Position numbers and translations under genes: made by a program
DNA from: Chloroflexota bacterium
GTDB taxonomy: Bacteria > Chloroflexota > Dehalococcoidia > Lucifugimonadales > UBA3495
NCBI GenBank assembly: GCA_027623675.1
Contig: JAQBVF010000005.1
Span: 32,001 to 96,000, forward strand
DNA length: 64,000 nucleotides
Direction: 5' to 3'
The notes under the pieces: generated by a model
What the model was told of the DNA's origin: nothing
Seen by the model: only the letters and a program-made list of their open reading frames with translations
The model's database searches: none
Shown: one piece after another, positions 58,349-64,000 of the stretch
How the letters are laid out: each line of letters starts with the position of its first letter
Position numbering within the stretch: position 1 is the stretch's first letter

Positions 58349-59218
58349 CTAGCCGGTCTGCATGGGCAATGACGGGTCTGACGCCCATTCTGACATCGAA
58401 GCGTCGTACACCGCCACATTCTCGTATCCCAGCAACGTCAAGATGAAGGCGTCGTTGCTGGCCGCGATCCCCCCGCCGCAGTAGGTGATAACCCGCTCTG
58501 CGGGGTCCGCGCCGACCTGGGCGAACCGTTCCGCCAGTTGCTCGGCTGGGAGATAGGCGTGGGTGACCGGGTCCATCAGGTCGCCCGCCGGTACGTTGAC
58601 GCTGCCGGCGATGCGCCCGGCGCGCCCGTAGTTGGCGCCGCCGCTGCCCAGGTGCTGTTCCTGGCTTAACGCATTCAGCACGCAGGCGGCGCCCTGTTCC
58701 AACGCCGCCAGCACCTCGCTCTTATCAGCCATGAGCCCGGTCCTGGGTCTGGCGTGGAATATGGTGGGGGGATAGTCCCGTTGTTCCGTCGTTACCGGCC
58801 GGCCCTCCAGCTTCCATTTTTGAAGGCCGCCGTTCAGGACAAAGGCGTTGTCGAATCCGAAAGCCCGGAGCATCCACCAGATACGGGTCGCCCAGGAACC
58901 GGACGTTGAGTCGTACAGCACCGCCCGGGCGCCCACGCCCACCCCGTATCCGGACATGGCCCTGGCGAACTGTTCAACCGGCGGGAGCATGTATCGGAAG
59001 GCGGCAGACCGGTCCGAGAGGTCGTTTACGAGGTCGGCATGGCCGGCGCCGGGGATGTGTTCCGCTGCCCAAGACTCGCGCCCGCTCGCCGCCCGGATGC
59101 CGCCGCTGCCATCGGGCAGGTTAAATGCGGTGCAGTCCAGAACGCGTATGTCACTGTCGTTCAGATGCTCGGCGAGCCAATCCGTCTCCACCAAGAATTG
59201 TGGATACTTAAATGGCAT
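58349..59218 (-). CDS. Tandem-domain rhodanese sulfurtransferase (SseA-like)
   Basis: LV.TDWL, HIPGA, R.WW.L..FG, GRIAGS.N.P, YCGGG, YD.S..EW. Confidence 0.94.
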   Translation of the reverse strand: MPFKYPQFLVETDWLAEHLNDSDIRVLDCTAFNLPDGSGGIRAASGRESWAAEHIPGAGHADLVNDLSDRSAAFRYMLPPVEQFARAMSGYGVGVGARAVLYDSTSGSWATRIWWMLRAFGFDNAFVLNGGLQKWKLEGRPVTTEQRDYPPTIFHARPRTGLMADKSEVLAALEQGAACVLNALSQEQHLGSGGANYGRAGRIAGSVNVPAGDLMDPVTHAYLPAEQLAERFAQVGADPAERVITYCGGGIAASNDAFILTLLGYENVAVYDASMSEWASDPSLPMQTG

Positions 59219-59399
59219 CTTGGACCCTCCATTGATTTTTCCGGACCAGGTTATTCTGCCGGACCTGGGAAGTTTCGCCAGACTTGGGCTGGAGACCATG
59301 ATAGGTTACCTAATCTGGTCAATAATATCGCGGCCGGTGCTCGACATAACAGAGGGCAGTATTATCATTTTTATGATGGATCCCGTAAAGGGATATCGG

Positions 59400-59429
59400 T
59401 TGACGCTGGCATCGCGGCCCAACCATAAT
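59400..59429 (+). promoter_or_regulatory. Putative sigma70 promoter for the sulfite oxidase-like gene
   Basis: TTGACG-18 nt-CATAAT. Confidence 0.5.
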
Positions 59430-59551
59430 CCGGTGGGTAAGCACAACGGGAAGAGATGCCGGATAGGCTCGCGAAAACCGGTCTCCCGTCAGCAAGTTAG
59501 TCTGATTCTAGCCCAGGCTTCGGCCTGTGCCACCAACACTAGGAGGCTAAG

Positions 59552-60625
59552 ATGCCGGACCCAGCGTTGAATTCGTATAAAGACCTTAACGTTCTTTCCG
59601 CGGACCCGGTCTGTGCCGGGGTATTCCTGCGCGACATGGAAGCGCCCGTGTCTTCCACGGAGGGCCACTTCATCCGCAGTCACTTTCCGGCGCCTCAGGT
59701 GGAGGCTGCCGATTGGTCGCTGCCGGTCACCGGCGACGTGGACAACTCCCTTGACCTCAGTTACTACGACCTGCTCAATATGCCCAGCCACGAGGTCGTG
59801 AGCATCATGGAATGTGCCGGCAACAGCCGGTCGACCATGCAGCCCCCGGCTGAGGGCGTCCAGTGGGACAATGGGGGACTGGGCGTTTCACGGTGGAAGG
59901 GTGTTCCGGTCAAGACCGTGCTGGAACGGGCATCCCTCAAGGGCGTCGCCACCGACGTTTTGTTCGAGGGCCTGGATTCGGGCACCGAGCCGCACTCGGG
60001 TGGCGAACTGGTCTATGCCATGAGCGTGCCGCTGGCGAAATTGCTGGACCCCGACACCATCTTGGCCTATGAGATGAACGGCGAGACCATCCCCAAGGAC
60101 CACGGCTTCCCCGTCCGCCTGCTGGTTCCCGGCTGGTACGGCATGGCCTCGGTCAAATGGCTGGCCAAGATCACGGTTATGGACCACCCAAACTGCGGCT
60201 TCCATGAGATGGACTACCGCATATATCCGGCCACCGACGGCAAGAGCGACGCAAAAGCCAAGCGCGTCACCAAGCTGAAGGTTAAGTCGCTGATCAGCTC
60301 TCCGGTAAAAGGAGACGTCCTTTGCCCCGGCTCCCATACTATCAAGGGCGTGGCTTGGTCGGGCGACGGGCACATCACCAAGGTTGAGGTTAGCACCGAC
60401 GACAACCGCACCTGGCGCGAGGCCAAGCTGGAGGCGCCGGTCGGCAACTACTCGTGGCAGCACTGGGAGATTGACTGGGACGCAGCGGCTACGGGGCACT
60501 CGCTGCTCCGTTCCAGGGCCACCGACAGCCAGGGCAACGTTCAGCCCATGCTGGCGCCATGGAATTTCCGGGGCTACCAGGTGAACTCGATACATTCCGT
60601 GCCCGTCACGGTACGCAAGCCCTAG
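59552..60625 (+). CDS. Sulfite oxidase-family molybdoenzyme
   Basis: F.RSH, ECAGN.R, LAYEMNGE..P.DHGFPVRL.VPGWYG..SVKW, G.AWSG. Confidence 0.94.
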   Translation: MPDPALNSYKDLNVLSADPVCAGVFLRDMEAPVSSTEGHFIRSHFPAPQVEAADWSLPVTGDVDNSLDLSYYDLLNMPSHEVVSIMECAGNSRSTMQPPAEGVQWDNGGLGVSRWKGVPVKTVLERASLKGVATDVLFEGLDSGTEPHSGGELVYAMSVPLAKLLDPDTILAYEMNGETIPKDHGFPVRLLVPGWYGMASVKWLAKITVMDHPNCGFHEMDYRIYPATDGKSDAKAKRVTKLKVKSLISSPVKGDVLCPGSHTIKGVAWSGDGHITKVEVSTDDNRTWREAKLEAPVGNYSWQHWEIDWDAAATGHSLLRSRATDSQGNVQPMLAPWNFRGYQVNSIHSVPVTVRKP

Positions 60626-60654
60626 CTGCGGACTGGAATACGCCTGAACCTGGG

Positions 60655-60706
60655 AAACGTAAAAAGCCCTGGCGGGTTGATCAACCCGCCAGGGCTTTTT
60701 ACGTTT
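60655..60706. terminator. Bidirectional terminator, perfect 52-bp palindrome
   Basis: AAACGTAAAAAGCCCTGGCGGGTTGA|TCAACCCGCCAGGGCTTTTTACGTTT between convergent genes. Confidence 0.88.
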
Positions 60707-60740
60707 GAACCAGGCCTTAATCTTCGACGGACTCGGGAGT

Positions 60741-61736
60741 TTAGCCTGCCGCCAGCGCGCGGACCTCTTTGGCCTTGGCCGGAAGGTCGTAGGTGGTCCA
60801 GGTAGCGCCATCGTCCAGCGAGCCAAAGACCTGCCCGTCGCGGGAGTTGCAGAACACGTGGCCAGGGGCGCGAGGGTCCACGGCCACCGTCATCATGGTC
60901 GAGTTGGGGGCGATGCCGCGGTCCACCCGCTCGAATGTTTTGAACAGGTCACGGCTCCGGTAGAGCGCGCCCTGTTCGCTGCGGGCGGCGGCCCCGATGG
61001 AAACGTAGAGCATGTTGGGGTCGTGGGGCGCCGATTTCAGGTCGCGGGTGTAGGTGATCTCCGAGAAGTTCCCGAAATCCACCGGTATCCACTCGCTGCC
61101 CCGGTCTGGGCCGATGAACGGACCTTGGCGGGTGGTGATGAAAACCGTGTGCGGCATGGCGGCCGAGCACTGGGCGCCGTGCAGGTCCAGGGTGTCTTCA
61201 CTGGGGGCCAACGTTCCGGATATCTCGTCCCAGGTGTCGCCGCCGTCGGCGCTGCGGATCACTCCCGCCACCTCTAGGGCGGCGTACATCTCATCGGGGT
61301 GGTTGGGGTCGGCGCACAGGGCGACAACCCGGGTCGGGAAGGCCATGCTGATCTCCGCCGAACCCATGGACTTGGTGAGCAACTGCCAGGAGTCGCCGCT
61401 GTTGGTGCTGCGGTAGATCTCGCCGGGAGCCGTGCCCAGGTACATGACGGTCGGGTCGCCGGGCCGGAACATGAAGGTCCAGACTGGAGCGCCGGTCCTG
61501 GGGTAATCCAGCCGCTCCCAACTGGTGCCCCGGTTGGCGCTGCGGTAGGGGCCGTCTTGGGTCCCGGCGTAGACGACCTCGGGATCGTCGGGATGGATGA
61601 TTATGCCGGGCACCATGGTGTCGGCCGGCAGTCCTTTAGTCAGTTCCTCCCACTGGCTTGCGCCGGGAGACAGCCGGTAGAGGCCGCTGGTCTCGGCCCC
61701 GGCATAGACGTAGGTGTTATTGCTTGACGTGGTCAT
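60741..61736 (-). CDS. BNR/Asp-box beta-propeller protein
   Basis: Repeated S.(D/N).G.TW motifs. Confidence 0.88.
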   Translation of the reverse strand: MTTSSNNTYVYAGAETSGLYRLSPGASQWEELTKGLPADTMVPGIIIHPDDPEVVYAGTQDGPYRSANRGTSWERLDYPRTGAPVWTFMFRPGDPTVMYLGTAPGEIYRSTNSGDSWQLLTKSMGSAEISMAFPTRVVALCADPNHPDEMYAALEVAGVIRSADGGDTWDEISGTLAPSEDTLDLHGAQCSAAMPHTVFITTRQGPFIGPDRGSEWIPVDFGNFSEITYTRDLKSAPHDPNMLYVSIGAAARSEQGALYRSRDLFKTFERVDRGIAPNSTMMTVAVDPRAPGHVFCNSRDGQVFGSLDDGATWTTYDLPAKAKEVRALAAG

Positions 61737-61785
61737 GTCTTTCCCCCAATAGATTAAGAAGCGCGGATGTGCGCCGAAGTATAGC

Positions 61786-62055
61786 TCAAGAAGCTGGGCT
61801 GGACTCCTTAACCTCTTCCAACTCGAAATTAAAGTCCTCGATGACGGGGTTGGCCAGCAGCTTCTGGCACATCTCGGTCACCGCCTGCTCGGCGGCGGCA
61901 CGGTCGGCCTCGTCGACTTTCACAAGCAGATACTTGCCCACACGCATATCTCCGGCATTGCCGAACCCCAGGCGGCGCAGGCTGGCCAGCACCGTTAGAC
62001 CTTGGGGGTCGTTCACCGTGGGCTTGAGTGTGACGTGTATTCGGGCTTGGTACAT
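61786..62055 (-). CDS. purS: Phosphoribosylformylglycinamidine synthase subunit PurS
   Basis: V.LK..V.DPQG, R.GK, MC.KLLANPVIE. Confidence 0.95.
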   Translation of the reverse strand: MYQARIHVTLKPTVNDPQGLTVLASLRRLGFGNAGDMRVGKYLLVKVDEADRAAAEQAVTEMCQKLLANPVIEDFNFELEEVKESSPAS

Positions 62056-62117
62056 ATAGATGCGAAACCTCAGGTGATTCGTGGCCAATGGCGGACGGGT
62101 CGTCGGGCTTTTCCTGC

Positions 62118-62750
62118 TCAGCAAGGAACGCGTTCCGGTCCCAGACCGCCGGCGTAGGCCTCGAAGAACCTGGCGATGCGCTCCTGATTGACACCTTGGA
62201 ACGAATCCAAGACACCCCAGGTGCTGAGGGCTATCTGTCCCTCCGGTATCGCATCGTAAGCGCGGGCAACGCCCCAGACGTTGTACAGGCCGATGTTGCT
62301 CAAAGCGTTGCGGAGCGAGTCAATCTCGGCCGGGTCGGTCAGGTTATAGCTGATCACGATGTTGCCGTGCTCCATGTTATGGACCACCCGTTCATCGGGC
62401 AGCTGGTCGGTGTAAAATCCGCAACGGGCCGGCGTGGGCCAATGATTCCCCGAGGTTGGAGGCACGCTATTATAGGTGGCCCGGGTCCCATCGGCTATGT
62501 GGTCGGCGGACAAAATTTCTTGTTGGATGCCGATTCCCTCAACATACTGCTGGGCATCCCCTGTCTGAGCGCTGCCGCCACCGCCGCTGAAGCTGGCGAA
62601 GGCGAAACTGGCGATCACCAGGACCGCGATGATGACGGACGCGGCCAGGTAAAGCTTATTGGTCTTCTTTCGACGGGGCGTGGAAATCATGTTGCCGGAG
62701 CGGGCCGCCCTGTTGGCCGCCCTGCCGCGGCGGCGTCTTGAAACTGGCAA
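62118..62750 (-). CDS. DUF3105 family membrane-anchored protein
   Basis: N-terminal TM; YNS.PPTSG.HW, VHNMEHG. Confidence 0.88.
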   Translation of the reverse strand: MPVSRRRRGRAANRAARSGNMISTPRRKKTNKLYLAASVIIAVLVIASFAFASFSGGGGSAQTGDAQQYVEGIGIQQEILSADHIADGTRATYNSVPPTSGNHWPTPARCGFYTDQLPDERVVHNMEHGNIVISYNLTDPAEIDSLRNALSNIGLYNVWGVARAYDAIPEGQIALSTWGVLDSFQGVNQERIARFFEAYAGGLGPERVPC

Positions 62751-62810
62751 TGTATCGTCCTCCGATTTGGGCCGTGGTCTGCTTATTGGAAGCCAGCCGA
62801 AACTGAGCTT

Positions 62811-63707
62811 TTAGAGCCGCGTTCCGGTCAATTTGTAATACGCCTCCCGATACCGTTCGGACGTCTTTGCCACCACGTCGTCGGGTAGTTCAGGGGCGGG
62901 CGGCTCGTGGTCCCAGCCCTGGGCATCCAGCCAGTCCCGTACGAATTGCTTGTCGTAGTTGGGCTGAGACTTGCCGGGAGCGTATCCTGCGGCGTCCCAG
63001 AACCGGCTGGAATCGGGGGTCAGCAGCTCGTCGATCAGGGTGAGTTCTCCGTCGATGATGCCGAACTCCATCTTGGTGTCGGCCAGCACGATGCCCCGTT
63101 GCTTGGCGAAGTCGTGGGCCACCTTGAAGACCGCTTTGCTCACGTCCTCCAATCGACGGGCCATGTCTGCCCCGACCATGTCGATGACCTCTTCATCGGT
63201 CATGTTCTCGTCGTGGCCCTCTTCGGCCTTGGTGGTGGGGGTGAAGATGGGCTCGGGAAAGGCCTGGCCTTCCACCATGCCCTCCTCCACTTTCTTGCCG
63301 GAGACGGTGCCCTGGCGGCGGTATTCGCCCCAAGCCGACCCGGTGATGTAACCCCGCACGATGCACTCTAGATCCAGGCGTTCGGCCCGTTTCACCACCA
63401 TGGACTGCCGGGCGATCTCAGGCGTAAGGGCGTCGGCGATACTGCTGCCCTTCAGATACTGGGCGGCTTCAGGGGAGTCGGCCAGGCAGATCAGGTGGTT
63501 GGGCACCACGTCTTTGGTGAGGTCGAACCAGAAGGCCGAGATGCGGTTTAGCACCAGGCCCTTGTCGGTGATGCCGGTGGGAAGTACCACGTCGAACGCC
63601 GAGATGCGGTCGGTGGCGACCATCAGCAGATGTCCGCCGCCCAGGCCGTAGGTATCCCGGACCTTGCCACGATGAAGAATCTCGGGCATCTGGGTTTCCA
63701 ATATCAT
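62811..63707 (-). CDS. purC: SAICAR synthetase
   Basis: GKVRD, TDRISAFD, ECIVRGY, FTPTTKA, DTK.EFG, DE.LTPDSSRFW. Confidence 0.97.
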   Translation of the reverse strand: MILETQMPEILHRGKVRDTYGLGGGHLLMVATDRISAFDVVLPTGITDKGLVLNRISAFWFDLTKDVVPNHLICLADSPEAAQYLKGSSIADALTPEIARQSMVVKRAERLDLECIVRGYITGSAWGEYRRQGTVSGKKVEEGMVEGQAFPEPIFTPTTKAEEGHDENMTDEEVIDMVGADMARRLEDVSKAVFKVAHDFAKQRGIVLADTKMEFGIIDGELTLIDELLTPDSSRFWDAAGYAPGKSQPNYDKQFVRDWLDAQGWDHEPPAPELPDDVVAKTSERYREAYYKLTGTRL

Positions 63708-63759
63708 TTCGATCTCTATCCTTTAATTTGCGTTAGGTATCTCGCGTTAGGTAAGCAGC

Positions 63760-64000
63760 CTAGGCTTGGCCCAGACCCAGCCGGGCGAAAGTATCATTGA
63801 CGTACCGGGTGAAGTACCCGTAGTCGAACAACTCGTCGAATTCCGCCGGCGTCAGCTTTTCGCCGGCCTTGGCGTCGGCGCGCAGCAGGTCCCTAAAGTC
63901 TTTGGCTTCGTCCCAACTGCGGCCCGCGTTGGTCTGGACGATCTTGTAGGCCTCTTCGCGGGCCAGCCCTTTGTCCACCAGCGCCAGGAGGACGCGTTGG
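63760..64000 (-). CDS. purB: Adenylosuccinate lyase C-terminus (truncated by window edge)
   Basis: QRVLLALVDKGLAREEAY..VQ; upstream of purC. Confidence 0.9.
   Translation of the reverse strand, partial: QRVLLALVDKGLAREEAYKIVQTNAGRSWDEAKDFRDLLRADAKAGEKLTPAEFDELFDYGYFTRYVNDTFARLGLGQA

Noticed and set aside
2617..60826. Long antisense ORFs (e.g. 2617-3843, 7368-8378, 15714-16838, 28525-29511, 51754-52830, 59888-60826)
   Set aside because: Shadow frames of well-supported genes in high-GC DNA, with no motifs or RBS
62118..62120. Sec read-through after DUF3105 'VPC-TGA'
   Set aside because: Domain is complete, the downstream frame is short and uninformative, and there is no convincing hairpin

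Overview
High-GC bacterial chromosomal window read with standard code 11, since many genes end in TGA at their expected length. Gene content suggests a Chloroflexota/Dehalococcoidia (SAR202-like) genome; this is inference from three LLM monooxygenases, an F420 Ddn-family enzyme, SDRs, a CaiB transferase and an amidase. The window is framed by pyrimidine genes (pyrC-carA-orf-carB, pyrF) on the left and purine genes (purB-purC-DUF3105-purS) on the right. Between them lie mostly oxidative/catabolic enzymes, a 1650-aa PAS-5xGAF-PAS-PAS histidine kinase and a tRNA-Ala(TGC). The main signals concern translational recoding and micro-insertions. (1) An MFS transporter is split only by an in-frame TGA at a Cys-like position (GYFV-U-G), followed by a SECIS-like hairpin, next to a rhodanese and a sulfite-oxidase-like gene. 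(2) A UGSC-motif selenoprotein that the ORF track splits in two lies in a putative operon with DUF1326 and an uncharacterised GWTDGLP protein. (3) carB probably starts at ATT. (4) At two loci a gene's 3' end is duplicated downstream around a small hydrophobic ORF. No sel genes, integrase, transposase, CRISPR array or rRNA were seen in the window.
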